This document shows, piece after piece, positions 1 through 10,283 of a stretch of 33,969 nt of DNA (positions within the stretch are counted from its first letter, which is position 1; each line of letters starts with the position of its first letter). The stretch lies in assembly GCA_029941985.1 (NCBI GenBank), contig JAPYTV010000001.1:1-33969 (forward strand). Direction: 5' to 3'. Made by a program: the position numbers and the translations under genes. This DNA is from Candidatus Pelagibacter sp. (GTDB taxonomy: Bacteria; Pseudomonadota; Alphaproteobacteria; Pelagibacterales; Pelagibacteraceae). Below the pieces are notes generated by a model, which was not told the origin of the DNA, did no database searches, and saw only the letters and a program-made list of their open reading frames with translations.

Positions 1-475
1 TTGCCACAACAACATAATCAAAAACATCTTTTGAAAATTTATTATTCTTTTTATCAAGAGAAGTAATTTCAAAATTATTCTCATTATAGGTAACATTGGT
101 AACACTATTATTAAATCTTATTTTATCTTTTAGATTCCCTTTTTTAACTCTACCGAGTATGTAATCATATAAAACTTCTCTTGGTGGAAATGATGGAATC
201 GGATTTCCAAAATGTTCATCAAAAGAATAGTCAGCAAATTCTAAACATTCCTTAGGGCCATTTGACCAAAGATATCTATACATACTATTAGGAACCGGGT
301 CGCCGTATTGATCAGATCCTGTTCTCCAACTGTAATTCCATAATCCTCCCCAATTCTCTTGCTTATCAAAACAAACTATTTCAGGTATTTTTTCACCTTT
401 TTTTTCAGCTTGTTGAAAAGATCTCAACATGGATAAGCCACATGGACCAGCTCCAATAATTGCTACTTTAGTCAT
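1..475 (-). CDS. tmm: Trimethylamine monooxygenase (bacterial flavin-containing monooxygenase), N-terminal part; runs off the left edge
   Basis: Not in the ORF track. Manual translation from ATG at 475 gives [90 protein letters not shown]..., with the GxGxxG FAD motif and the GGLWNY and [17 protein letters not shown] motifs of Tmm/mFMO. GGAG RBS upstream. Confidence 0.92.
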   Translation of the reverse strand, partial: MTKVAIIGAGPCGLSMLRSFQQAEKKGEKIPEIVCFDKQENWGGLWNYSWRTGSDQYGDPVPNSMYRYLWSNGPKECLEFADYSFDEHFGNPIPSFPPREVLYDYILGRVKKGNLKDKIRFNNSVTNVTYNENNFEITSLDKKNNKFSKDVFDYVVVA

Positions 476-555
476 CGAATTATCTCCATTAAAATAAATT
501 TATAAATTTACTTTACTAACAAAATGCTAAAAATTAAAATAAATAATACTTTATT

Positions 556-627
556 ATGAAAATAAACTGGAATTACCTTACTTCTATATGGGCAGATAAA
601 CAAAAAAAATTATTAGGACTAGATTAA
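556..627 (+). CDS. Possible 23-aa small ORF or leader peptide (MKINWNYLTSIWADKQKKLLGLD) upstream of, and in frame with, glpK
   Basis: ATG at 556, TAA at 625-627, glpK ATG two codons later. No clear SD, so it may be chance. Confidence 0.3.
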   Translation: MKINWNYLTSIWADKQKKLLGLD

Positions 628-633
628 AAGTCC

Positions 634-2112
634 ATGAAAAAATTAATTCTTTCTATTGATCAGGGAACCACATCATCTAGATCAATTTTATTTAACCTTA
701 AAGGAAAAAAAATTTTTTCCTCTCAATACGAATTTAAACAACTGTTTCCAAATGATGGATGGGTTGAACATAATCCAGAAGAAATTTGGAAAGTTACTTT
801 AAAAACAATCAAAGAATCAATTAAAAAAAGTAAATCATTAAAATCCAAGATTGTATCAATAGGAATTGCAAATCAAAGAGAAACTACTATCCTCTGGGAC
901 AAAAATACAGGCAAACCAGTTTATAATGCAATTGTTTGGCAAGATAGAAGAACTCAAAATATTTGTCAAAATTTAAAAAAAAGGAAACTAGAAAATTTAT
1001 TTAGAAAAAAAACTGGACTTTTTATTGATCCTTATTTTTCGGCAACAAAAATAAAATGGATACTTGAAAACATTTCTAAAACAAAAAAATTACTTAGTGA
1101 AAAACGATTAATGTTTGGAACAATAGACACTTTTTTAATTTGGAGATTAACAAATAAAAAAAAACATTTAACAGATGCAACAAACGCAAGTAGAACTTTA
1201 ATGTTTAATATAAGCACAAATGAATGGGATGATGAAATTTTAAAAAAATTAAAAATTCCAAAATCAATTTTGCCAGAAGTAAAAAATTCTGCTGATAATT
1301 TTGGAGTTACATCTAAAAAAATTATTGGTGAAGAAATTCCAATTAGTGCAGTTTTAGGTGATCAGCAAGCTGCAGCAGTAGGTCAGGCTTGTTTTGAAAA
1401 AGGTTCAGTTAAAAGTACTTATGGAACGGGAGCTTTTGCAATAATGAATACTGGAAATAAAAAAATTTTATCAAAAAATAAATTATTAACTACAATTTGT
1501 TATCGTATAGATAATAAAACTACATATGCTTTAGAAGGTTCTATTTTTACTGCTGGTGCTGGTGTTCAGTGGTTAAGAGATAAGGTAAAATTAATTGATA
1601 GTGCTTATGATACTGAAAAAATTGCGAGATCAAATATTGATAATAATAATGTTTATATAGTTCCTGCATTTACTGGGTTGGGTGCTCCTTACTGGAATGC
1701 TAATGCAAGAGGAACAATCAGTGGCATAACAAGAAATACTGATTGGAAAAACATTGTAAGAGCAGTTATAGAATCTGTAGCATATCAAAGTTATGATTTA
1801 TTTAGAGCCATGAATAACGATGGATTAAAACCTAAAATAGTAAAAATAGACGGAGGTATGGTTTCAAATAATTGGTTTGCACAATTTCTTTCTGACATAT
1901 TAGATATAAAAGTAATAAGACCAACAATTTCTGAGACTACAGCTTTAGGTGCCGCATTAATGGCTGGTTATCAAATTGGATTATATAATTCATTTCATTC
2001 AATTTCAAAAAAGTGGAAAATTGACAGAAAATTTACCCCTAAAATTAAGAAAAAACAAAGAATTGAACTGTTGAAAGGCTGGCAACAAGCAATTAAGAGA
2101 ACTTTGGTCTAA
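634..2112 (+). CDS. glpK: Glycerol kinase
   Basis: FGGY kinase motifs IDQGTTSSR, NQRETT, AIVWQDRRT, PYFSATK, GDQQAA, KSTYGTG, YALEGS, PAFTGLGAPYW, DGGM, ETTALGAA. Confidence 0.96.
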   Translation: MKKLILSIDQGTTSSRSILFNLKGKKIFSSQYEFKQLFPNDGWVEHNPEEIWKVTLKTIKESIKKSKSLKSKIVSIGIANQRETTILWDKNTGKPVYNAIVWQDRRTQNICQNLKKRKLENLFRKKTGLFIDPYFSATKIKWILENISKTKKLLSEKRLMFGTIDTFLIWRLTNKKKHLTDATNASRTLMFNISTNEWDDEILKKLKIPKSILPEVKNSADNFGVTSKKIIGEEIPISAVLGDQQAAAVGQACFEKGSVKSTYGTGAFAIMNTGNKKILSKNKLLTTICYRIDNKTTYALEGSIFTAGAGVQWLRDKVKLIDSAYDTEKIARSNIDNNNVYIVPAFTGLGAPYWNANARGTISGITRNTDWKNIVRAVIESVAYQSYDLFRAMNNDGLKPKIVKIDGGMVSNNWFAQFLSDILDIKVIRPTISETTALGAALMAGYQIGLYNSFHSISKKWKIDRKFTPKIKKKQRIELLKGWQQAIKRTLV

Positions 2113-2121
2113 AGTATAGTT

Positions 2122-3150
2122 ATGAAAAAAATTATTATTATAGGAGCAGGTGCGATGGGTTCTGCTTTTACTGTTCCTTGCATAGACAACAATAACAATG
2201 TTACTCTTATTGGAACTCATCTTGAAGATGATTTAATAAAACAAATTAAATCCAATAAAAATATTCACCCAATATTAAAAGTCAAACTACCAGAAAATTT
2301 AAAAATAGAAAAATTTGAAAAATTGAATTTGATTCTTAAAAAGGGAGTTGACATTATTGTTGCAGGAATAAGTTCGGTTGGAATTGAATGGTTTGTTGAT
2401 CAAATATCAAAAAATTATAAAAAAAATTTACCAATCATTTTATTAACTAAAGGACTTGCAATAGTAGACGATGAATTAACAACACTTTCAGATAAAATTA
2501 AAAAATTATTAAAAGAAAAAGGACATAAAGAAATAAATATTTCTGCAATTAAAGGACCTTGTTTGGCTGCAGGTTTAGCATATAAAATGAGAACAGGAAC
2601 AGTTATTGCAAATCCTAATATTAAAGAAGCTGAATTTTTAAAAAAAATAATATCAACAGATTATTATTCCACTGAGATATCAAATGATCTGGAGGGAGTT
2701 GAGTTATCTGGAGCAATTAAAAATATTTATTCAATGTTGATAGGTGCGTCAGAGGGATTAAGTAATTCTAAGGTATCAATAGAGACTCAATCAAAATACT
2801 ATTTAAATACTTCAGCTTCATTAATTCATAGATCAATTTCTGAAATGGTAGATTTTGTTTCTCATTATGGGGGCAAACCAGACACTGTTTATGGTTTAGC
2901 GGGACTAGGAGATTTATATGTTAGTGCAATAGGAGGAAGAAATAGTTTAATGGGTAGATACTTAGGGCAAGGATACTTATACAAAAATGCAAAAGAAAAG
3001 TTCATGAAAAATATTACTGTTGAAGGAGCCCAACTTGCTTTAGAAATTGGTCCAAAAATTTTAAATGAACTTGACTCAAAAAATTTCCCACTAATGTTTA
3101 GTATGCTCAATACTATCTGTAATAATAAAAAATTAGAAATTAACTGGTAA
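2122..3150 (+). CDS. gpsA: NAD(P)H-dependent glycerol-3-phosphate dehydrogenase (divergent GpsA family)
   Basis: GAGAMG Rossmann motif, TKG, GP, GVELSGAIKNIY, GLAGLGDL, RN and VEG motifs. Confidence 0.85.
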   Translation: MKKIIIIGAGAMGSAFTVPCIDNNNNVTLIGTHLEDDLIKQIKSNKNIHPILKVKLPENLKIEKFEKLNLILKKGVDIIVAGISSVGIEWFVDQISKNYKKNLPIILLTKGLAIVDDELTTLSDKIKKLLKEKGHKEINISAIKGPCLAAGLAYKMRTGTVIANPNIKEAEFLKKIISTDYYSTEISNDLEGVELSGAIKNIYSMLIGASEGLSNSKVSIETQSKYYLNTSASLIHRSISEMVDFVSHYGGKPDTVYGLAGLGDLYVSAIGGRNSLMGRYLGQGYLYKNAKEKFMKNITVEGAQLALEIGPKILNELDSKNFPLMFSMLNTICNNKKLEINW

Positions 3151-3942
3151 ATGAAAAGTTTAAATATTTTAATTTGTGAAGGAAATACTCCTGAAGAAGG
3201 AAAAAATTTTCATGATGTAGGTATACCCACTCATACAAAAAGTCTAAAAGAAAGTCTTTCATATTTTAATAAAAACTTAAATATAGATGTATTAAATCCT
3301 TGCCTAGAGCTAAATTTAAATGAAATTACAACAAATCTAAAAAAATATGATGGACTAATTTGGGGAGGCAGTAGTCTGAATATTTATAACAATACTATTG
3401 AAGTGAAAAGACAAATTTCATTTATGAAAGAATGTTTTAGAAATGTAAAAAAAATATTAGCTATTTGTTGGGGTATGCAAGTTGCTGTTACAGCAGCAGG
3501 AGGCGAGGTAAGAAAGGGAGTAAATGGCTCTCATATAGGAATAGCAAATGATATTGAATTAACACAAGCAGGTTTAAATAATTTGTTTTATAAAGACAAA
3601 AATAATAAATTTAATACACCTGCATTTAACTTTGATGAAGTAGTAGCACTACCAAATGGAGCAACTCACTTAGCTTCTAATAAAATTAATAAAATTCAAG
3701 GACTTCACTTTAATTCAGGTATTAGTGAAATTTGGGGTATACAATATCACCCAGAAATTACTTATGAAAAAATGATAAGTATTATCAAATTTAGAAAAGA
3801 TAGATTAATTAATCAAAGAAACAGATTTAAAAATGAAGAAGAAGTTAACAATCATATCAATTTTATTGAAGAAGAGATTAAAATCTCAGAAAAAAATTCT
3901 AGAATGCTAGAATTAAGAAATTGGTTAAATCTAATTAGCTAA
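3151..3942 (+). CDS. Stand-alone class-I glutamine amidotransferase-like protein (possible gamma-glutamyl hydrolase)
   Basis: Nucleophile elbow AICWGMQ, QYHPE His-x-Glu pair, GGS oxyanion loop. No synthase domain. Confidence 0.85.
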   Translation: MKSLNILICEGNTPEEGKNFHDVGIPTHTKSLKESLSYFNKNLNIDVLNPCLELNLNEITTNLKKYDGLIWGGSSLNIYNNTIEVKRQISFMKECFRNVKKILAICWGMQVAVTAAGGEVRKGVNGSHIGIANDIELTQAGLNNLFYKDKNNKFNTPAFNFDEVVALPNGATHLASNKINKIQGLHFNSGISEIWGIQYHPEITYEKMISIIKFRKDRLINQRNRFKNEEEVNNHINFIEEEIKISEKNSRMLELRNWLNLIS

Positions 3943-3945
3943 TTT

Positions 3946-5631
3946 TTAAAATAAACCTTCTATTTCACCACTTTTATTTAACTTGATTGAGTCAGCTGCT
4001 GGAACTCTCGGTAGTCCTGGCATAGTCATGACTGCCCCACAGACAACAACGATAAATTCTGCACCTGAAGAAAGTCTAATTTCTCTTATTGGTAAAACAT
4101 GTCCCGTAGGTGCACCTTTTAAGCTTGGATCTGTTGAAAAACTGTATTGAGTTTTAGCTATACAAATAGGAAAATCACCATAACCCTCTTTTTCAAAGCT
4201 TTTTAATTGGTCTCTGATTTTAGTATCAGCAATAACCTCATTTGCTCTATAAATTTCTTTTGCAATTGTTTCTATTTTTTTAAATAGTGGAGTTTTGCTT
4301 TCATATAAGAATTTGAATTTAGCATCATTTTTTTCACATAACTCAGCTACATGATTTGCTAGTTCTTTTGTGCCATCACCTCCATTTGCCCAGTGAGTGC
4401 AAAGACTTGCTTTAACTCCAATTCCATCACAAAATTCAATTAAAGCTTTTACTTCATTATCTGTATCTTTAATAAAATGATTAACTGCTACGGCAACAGG
4501 TAAGCCAAATTTTTTAACATTTTCAATATGTCTTTGAAGGTTAATTAAGCCTTTTTTTAAAGCATCTACATTTTCAGTTTTAAGATTATCTTTAGCTATA
4601 CCTCCATGCATTTTTAGTGCCCTAATAGTTGCAACGATTACAACGCAGCTTGGCTTTAAATTTGATTTTCTACATTTAATATCTAAGAATTTTTCAGCAC
4701 CCAGGTCAGCACCAAAACCTGCTTCTGTAATTACATAATCAGCAAGTTTTAATCCAGTTTTTGTGGCGATTACAGAATTACAACCATGTGCAATATTTGC
4801 AAATGGACCACCATGAATAATCGCAGGATTATTTTCTAAAGTTTGAGTTATATTTGGTCTGATTGCTTCTTTTAGCAATACAGTCATTGGACCATGTGCT
4901 TTTAAATCTTTTGCATAAACAGGCTTTTTATCTCTAGTATATGCGATTGTTATATTTCCAATTCTATTTTCTAAATCTTTTAAATCATTTGATAAGCAGA
5001 AAATTGCCATAATCTCTGAAGCAACAGTAATATCAAAACCATCTTCTCTAGGAAAACCATTTGCAATTCCACCTAAATTTATATTGATTGATCTTAGAGA
5101 ACGATCATTCATATCCATAACTCTTTTCCAAACAATTCTTCTAACATCTATATCTAATTTGTTTCCCCAATAGATATGATTATCAATTAAAGCAGATAAT
5201 AAATTGTGAGCAGATGTTATTGCGTGAAAATCTCCAGTAAAATGTAAATTAATTTGTTCCATAGGAACTACTTGAGCATATCCACCACCAGCAGCACCAC
5301 CTTTCATTCCAAAAGAAGGTCCAAGACTTGGTTCCCTTAAACAAACAATAGATTTTTTTCCAATTTTATTTAATCCATCGCTCAAACCAACTGAAGTAGT
5401 AGTTTTACCTTCACCTGCAGGAGTAGGTGTGATGGCAGTTATCAAAACAAGTTTTCCATCAGGCTTGTCTTTTAAAGTGTCTAAATATTCTAAGTTAATT
5501 TTTGCAATATGTCTGCCCATTGGACTATAGGCTTTACTTTCATCTGGCACATTTATCTTTGCCAAGATATCATTTATAGGTTGCATTTTAGCTTCTCTAG
5601 CTATTTGAATATCTGATTTAACTTCACTCAT
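3946..5631 (-). CDS. fhs: Formate--tetrahydrofolate ligase
   Basis: [63 protein letters not shown]. Confidence 0.97.
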   Translation of the reverse strand: MSEVKSDIQIAREAKMQPINDILAKINVPDESKAYSPMGRHIAKINLEYLDTLKDKPDGKLVLITAITPTPAGEGKTTTSVGLSDGLNKIGKKSIVCLREPSLGPSFGMKGGAAGGGYAQVVPMEQINLHFTGDFHAITSAHNLLSALIDNHIYWGNKLDIDVRRIVWKRVMDMNDRSLRSININLGGIANGFPREDGFDITVASEIMAIFCLSNDLKDLENRIGNITIAYTRDKKPVYAKDLKAHGPMTVLLKEAIRPNITQTLENNPAIIHGGPFANIAHGCNSVIATKTGLKLADYVITEAGFGADLGAEKFLDIKCRKSNLKPSCVVIVATIRALKMHGGIAKDNLKTENVDALKKGLINLQRHIENVKKFGLPVAVAVNHFIKDTDNEVKALIEFCDGIGVKASLCTHWANGGDGTKELANHVAELCEKNDAKFKFLYESKTPLFKKIETIAKEIYRANEVIADTKIRDQLKSFEKEGYGDFPICIAKTQYSFSTDPSLKGAPTGHVLPIREIRLSSGAEFIVVVCGAVMTMPGLPRVPAADSIKLNKSGEIEGLF

Positions 5632-5760
5632 ATAAAACTTCTATAAATTTATGTTTATTTAAACAGAATTAGTATCTTCTTTTTGTAATTTTTGAAACTT
5701 CTAAAAAATATATATAAAAAAAATAAGATCTATTTATATTGTTTTATATAAAATTAAAAA

Positions 5761-7017
5761 ATGCAAAAATACTCCATATTTAATCTAATAAAAAATGCTT
5801 TCTTAAATCATCAAAATTGGGATTTAGCCTGGAAGGATCCTACTCCAAAAAAAGAATATGACGTTGTAATTATTGGAGGTGGAGGACATGGGCTGGCAAC
5901 AGCGTATTACCTTGCCAAAGAGCACAATATTACAAATGTTGCAATTATTGAAAAGGGGTGGATTGGCGGAGGAAATGTAGGAAGAAATACAACTATTATT
6001 AGATCTAACTATATGTACGACGACAATGCTTTGTTTAGTGAGCTTGGAATGGATTTATGGAGAAAGATGAGCCAAGATTTAAATTATAACGTAATGTTTT
6101 CTCCAAGAGGAATTATTAATCTCGCTCATTCAGATGCTCAAATGAATATTTTTACAAGAAGAGGAAATTCTATGCGTTTAAATGGTATTGATGCAGTTCT
6201 TTTAAATAGAGAAGAGGTAAAAGAAATTATTCCAATGGCAGACTTTTCGGACAATGTAAGATTTCCTATTTTTGGTGGATTGATGCAACCAAGCGCAGGA
6301 ACAGCAAGGCACGACGCTGTTGCTTGGGGTTATGCACGTCAGGCAGATTCAATGGGAGTTGATATTATACAAAATTGCGAAGTAACTGGATTTGATATTT
6401 CGAGTGGAAAAATCAAAGGAGTTAGAACTTCAAGAGGAGATATTAAAGTTAAAAAAATTGGTTTATGCGTTGCAGGAAGTACAAACATTTTAGCTGAAAA
6501 GCTGAATATGACAATACCAGTAGAAACTCATCTTTTACAAGCATGTGTTTCAGAGCCGGTAAAACCTGTTTTAGATAGAGTAGTTACTTTTGGAGCAGGT
6601 CATTTTTATATTAGCCAATCAGACAAAGGTGAAATGGTGATGGGTGGAGATTTGGATGGGTATAATAGTTATGCTCAAAGAGGAAATTTACCAACACTTC
6701 AACATGTTTTAACAGAAGGAATTGCTATGATGCCATTTCTTAGCAAATTAAAAATGCTAAGAACTTGGGGTGGTATAATGGATATGTCTATGGATGGCTC
6801 ACCAATTATAGACAAAACGCATATTGAAGGATTATATTTAAATTGTGGATGGTGTTATGGTGGCTTTAAAGCAACTCCAGCATCAGGATGGACTTTTGCT
6901 TATACAATCGCACAAGATAGAGTTCATAAATTAAATGCAGGATATAGTTTAAATAGATTTAACACAGGTCACTTACTTGATGAAAAGGGACTTGGAACTA
7001 AAACATGGGTTTCATAA
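5761..7017 (+). CDS. soxB: Heterotetrameric sarcosine oxidase family, beta subunit (or N-methylglutamate dehydrogenase MgdA-like)
   Basis: GGGGHGLATAYYLA, GRNTTIIRSNY, ARHDAVAWGYA, GGFKATP. First gene of the B-D-A-G order. Confidence 0.92.
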   Translation: MQKYSIFNLIKNAFLNHQNWDLAWKDPTPKKEYDVVIIGGGGHGLATAYYLAKEHNITNVAIIEKGWIGGGNVGRNTTIIRSNYMYDDNALFSELGMDLWRKMSQDLNYNVMFSPRGIINLAHSDAQMNIFTRRGNSMRLNGIDAVLLNREEVKEIIPMADFSDNVRFPIFGGLMQPSAGTARHDAVAWGYARQADSMGVDIIQNCEVTGFDISSGKIKGVRTSRGDIKVKKIGLCVAGSTNILAEKLNMTIPVETHLLQACVSEPVKPVLDRVVTFGAGHFYISQSDKGEMVMGGDLDGYNSYAQRGNLPTLQHVLTEGIAMMPFLSKLKMLRTWGGIMDMSMDGSPIIDKTHIEGLYLNCGWCYGGFKATPASGWTFAYTIAQDRVHKLNAGYSLNRFNTGHLLDEKGLGTKTWVS

Positions 7018-7284
7018 ATGTTACATATTAAATGTCCACATTGTGGTATGAGATCGCAAAATGAATTTGCATATGGTGGCGATGCGAGTGTCAAAAGACC
7101 AGAATTAAATAAAGAAATTTCAGATTTAGAGTGGGATAATTTTGTATATCTTAGAAAAAGTTTAAGAGGAAAACATTTAGAGTTATGGCAGCATATTTCA
7201 GGGTGTAGGCAGTGGTTTAAAGTTCAAAGAGATACAGCAACCCACGAAATATTTAAAACATTAAAGGCTAACGAAGATATCTAA
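7018..7284 (+). CDS. soxD: Sarcosine oxidase family, delta subunit (Zn-binding)
   Basis: CPHCG...EFAYGG, WQHISGCRQWF...RDT. Confidence 0.92.
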   Translation: MLHIKCPHCGMRSQNEFAYGGDASVKRPELNKEISDLEWDNFVYLRKSLRGKHLELWQHISGCRQWFKVQRDTATHEIFKTLKANEDI

Positions 7285-7286
7285 TT

Positions 7287-10283
7287 ATGTCACAAAATTT
7301 TAGATTAGAAAATATTGGGTTAATTAATAGAGATAAAAAAATCTCATTTAAATTTAATGGAAAAAATTATTTTGGTTATGAAGGAGATACAATAGCATCT
7401 GCTTTACTTGCTAATGGAGTTCATCTTATTGGAAGAAGCTTTAAATATCATAGACCAAGAGGTTTTTTTGGATCAGGTGTTGATGAACCATATGCTATAG
7501 TTCAATTATACAGGAACGGCGAGAGTATACCAAATATAAAAACTACAGAACAAGAGCTTTTTGAAGGATTAGAAGCAACAAGCGTGAATTGTTGGCCTAG
7601 TGTTAATTTTGATATTGGAGCGATTAATAATTTTTTAAAAATATTTCTTCCTGCTGGATTTTATTACAAAACATTTATGTGGCCAAAAAGTTTTTGGCAC
7701 AAAGTTTATGAACCTTTTATTAGAAAAGCAGCTGGATTTGGAGTTGCATCAATCAAGCACGATCAAGAGAGATATGAACATAAATATGAATATTGTGATT
7801 TATTAATTACCGGATCAGGTCCATCAGGTTTAGCAAGTGCATATTCTGCAGCAAAAAACGGAGCCAGGGTAATACTAGCTGAAAACAACCCAAGGTTTGG
7901 AGGAAGTTTATTAACCAGTGAGGTAAATATTGGAAATCAAACCGGAAGAGAATGGGCAGAAAATATTATAACTGAACTAAAAGAGATGCCTAACGTGATA
8001 GTAAAAAATAGATCACAAGTTTTTGGTTACTACGATCACAATATGTTAGTGATGTCAGAAAAAATAAGCGATCATTTACCTAAAACAAAAAAATACAGTC
8101 CAAAAGAAAGACTTTGGTATATTAGAGCAAAAGAAGTTGTTATTTCATCTGGATCAATAGAAAGACCTTTGGTATTTGGAAATAATGATACACCAGGAGT
8201 AATGCTGTCTTCTGCAGCAAAAGAATATTTAAAAGTCTATGGAGTTTTAGTTGGAAAAAAACCTTTAATATTTACTAATAATGATAGTGGCTATGAAACA
8301 GCAATAGAATTTAAAAAAAATGGTATAGATCCAGTTATATTAGATACACGAAAAGATCCCAAATCAGAAATAATAGATGAAGCAAAAAATTTAAATATCA
8401 ATATTAAATTTTCGTATGTAGTGGTTGTAGCTAAAGGTTATAAAAAAGTAAAATCAGCAGATATTGCAAAAATTTCAGAAGATAAAAAAGAATTAGGTAC
8501 AATAGAAAATGTTAATTGTGATTGTATATGTGTTTCAGGTTTTTGGACACCAACAATACATTTGGCATCTCAATCAGGAAATAAAACTAAGTTTAATAAA
8601 GATATAGATGCATTTGTACCAGGGATATCAAAACAGAATGAAACAACTTTAGGAGCGGCAAATGGAACATTTACTTTAGAAGAAACTTTAAAAAATTCAT
8701 TTGATAGTGGTTATGAATTATCAAAAAAAATAACCAATAATGATAATAAGATTTCATTTCCAATAGTTGTTGAAAAAAAATCAACAGAACATGATAAATT
8801 TTGGTGTGTGCCTCTTCCAAAAGGAAAAACTTATAAAAGATTTTTAGACTTTCAAAATGATGTAGCTGTTTCAGACGTCGAAATTGCTCTAAAAGAAGGT
8901 TATAGATCTATTGAGCATGTAAAGAGATACACAACTCTAGGGATGGCAACTGACCAGGGAAAAACAAGTAATCTTAATGGTTTACAGCTGGTATCTAATA
9001 TAGAAAACAAAATAGTGCCGGAGGTTGGTCACACAACTTTTAGACCCCCATACACACCCGTTACTATTGGAACAATTGTGGGTAGGGAAGTAGGTAAACA
9101 TTCAAGACCAACAAGGAAATCACCAATGCATTTATGGCATGAAAAAAATAATGCTGTATTTGTTGATGCAGGAGTGTGGTTGAGACCAAGATATTACAAA
9201 CAAGGAGACGAAACATTATTTGAAGGATCAAAAAGAGAAGCAAAAAATGTTAGAGCAAATGTAGGTGTTTGCGACGTAACTACTTTAGGTAAAATAGATA
9301 TTAAAGGACCAGATGCAGCTGAATTATTAAATAGAGTTTATACGAATGCATGGTTAAAATTACCAGTCGGAAAAGCTAGGTATGGAGTAATGCTGAGAGA
9401 AGACGGAATTGTAATGGATGATGGTACGACTACTAGAATTTCAGAAAATCATTATCATATGACAACAACAACTGCTCAAGCTGCAAATATTTTATCTCAC
9501 CTTGAATACTATCTGCAAATTGTATGGCCAGAATTAAATGTAAATGTAGTATCTACTACAGAACAATGGGCAGGGGCAGCTATCGCAGGACCCAAATCTA
9601 GAGACTTAGTGCAAAAATTATTTCCAAAAATTGATGTTTCAAACGAAGGTTTACCATTTATGGGCTATGTAGAGGGAGAACTATTTGGTATCCACGCAAG
9701 GATTTTTAGAATTTCATTTTCCGGTGAGCTAGCATATGAAGTTAATGTTGAGTCTGATAATGGAAACTATATGTGGGAAAAAATAATCGAAATAGGTAAG
9801 GAATTTAGAATTCAACCATATGGTACAGAGGCATTATCAACTTTAAGAATTGAAATGGGACATGTAGCAGGGTCCGAATTAGATGGAAGAACCATTCCTT
9901 ATGACAATTCTTTAGAGGGAATGGTAAGTAAAAAGAAAGATTTTATTGGTAAGAGATCTTTAAACAGAAAAGCATTTATGGCAGAAGATAGACAAAAAGT
10001 TGTAGGCGTTGTTCCATTAGATAAAAAAACAAGTATTCCAGAAGGATCTCACTTGGTTAAAGATGCAGACGCTAAACTTCCAAATCCAAAATTAGGTTAT
10101 ATTTCTGCTTCTTGCTGGAGTGTCGAATATGACAATCCATTTTCTTTAGCTATAATAAAAGATGGAAAAAATATGATTGGTCAAAAATTAATTGCAATGT
10201 CTCCATTGAAAAATAAAACAATACCTGTTGAAATAGTTTCTTCACATTATGTCGACCCAAAGGGCGAAAGGGTTAGATCATGA
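7287..10283 (+). CDS. soxA: Sarcosine oxidase family, alpha subunit (NAD-binding plus GcvT-like folate-binding domain)
   Basis: GRSFKYHRPRG, FYYKTFMWP, GSGPSG, KRYTTLGMATDQGKT, TFRPPY, DVTTLGKI, RISFSGELAYE. Confidence 0.95.
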   Translation: MSQNFRLENIGLINRDKKISFKFNGKNYFGYEGDTIASALLANGVHLIGRSFKYHRPRGFFGSGVDEPYAIVQLYRNGESIPNIKTTEQELFEGLEATSVNCWPSVNFDIGAINNFLKIFLPAGFYYKTFMWPKSFWHKVYEPFIRKAAGFGVASIKHDQERYEHKYEYCDLLITGSGPSGLASAYSAAKNGARVILAENNPRFGGSLLTSEVNIGNQTGREWAENIITELKEMPNVIVKNRSQVFGYYDHNMLVMSEKISDHLPKTKKYSPKERLWYIRAKEVVISSGSIERPLVFGNNDTPGVMLSSAAKEYLKVYGVLVGKKPLIFTNNDSGYETAIEFKKNGIDPVILDTRKDPKSEIIDEAKNLNINIKFSYVVVVAKGYKKVKSADIAKISEDKKELGTIENVNCDCICVSGFWTPTIHLASQSGNKTKFNKDIDAFVPGISKQNETTLGAANGTFTLEETLKNSFDSGYELSKKITNNDNKISFPIVVEKKSTEHDKFWCVPLPKGKTYKRFLDFQNDVAVSDVEIALKEGYRSIEHVKRYTTLGMATDQGKTSNLNGLQLVSNIENKIVPEVGHTTFRPPYTPVTIGTIVGREVGKHSRPTRKSPMHLWHEKNNAVFVDAGVWLRPRYYKQGDETLFEGSKREAKNVRANVGVCDVTTLGKIDIKGPDAAELLNRVYTNAWLKLPVGKARYGVMLREDGIVMDDGTTTRISENHYHMTTTTAQAANILSHLEYYLQIVWPELNVNVVSTTEQWAGAAIAGPKSRDLVQKLFPKIDVSNEGLPFMGYVEGELFGIHARIFRISFSGELAYEVNVESDNGNYMWEKIIEIGKEFRIQPYGTEALSTLRIEMGHVAGSELDGRTIPYDNSLEGMVSKKKDFIGKRSLNRKAFMAEDRQKVVGVVPLDKKTSIPEGSHLVKDADAKLPNPKLGYISASCWSVEYDNPFSLAIIKDGKNMIGQKLIAMSPLKNKTIPVEIVSSHYVDPKGERVRS

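Noticed and set aside
5635-5703. Direct repeat AAACTTCTA in the fhs-soxB spacer
   Set aside because: Low complexity and only two copies; insufficient to call an operator.
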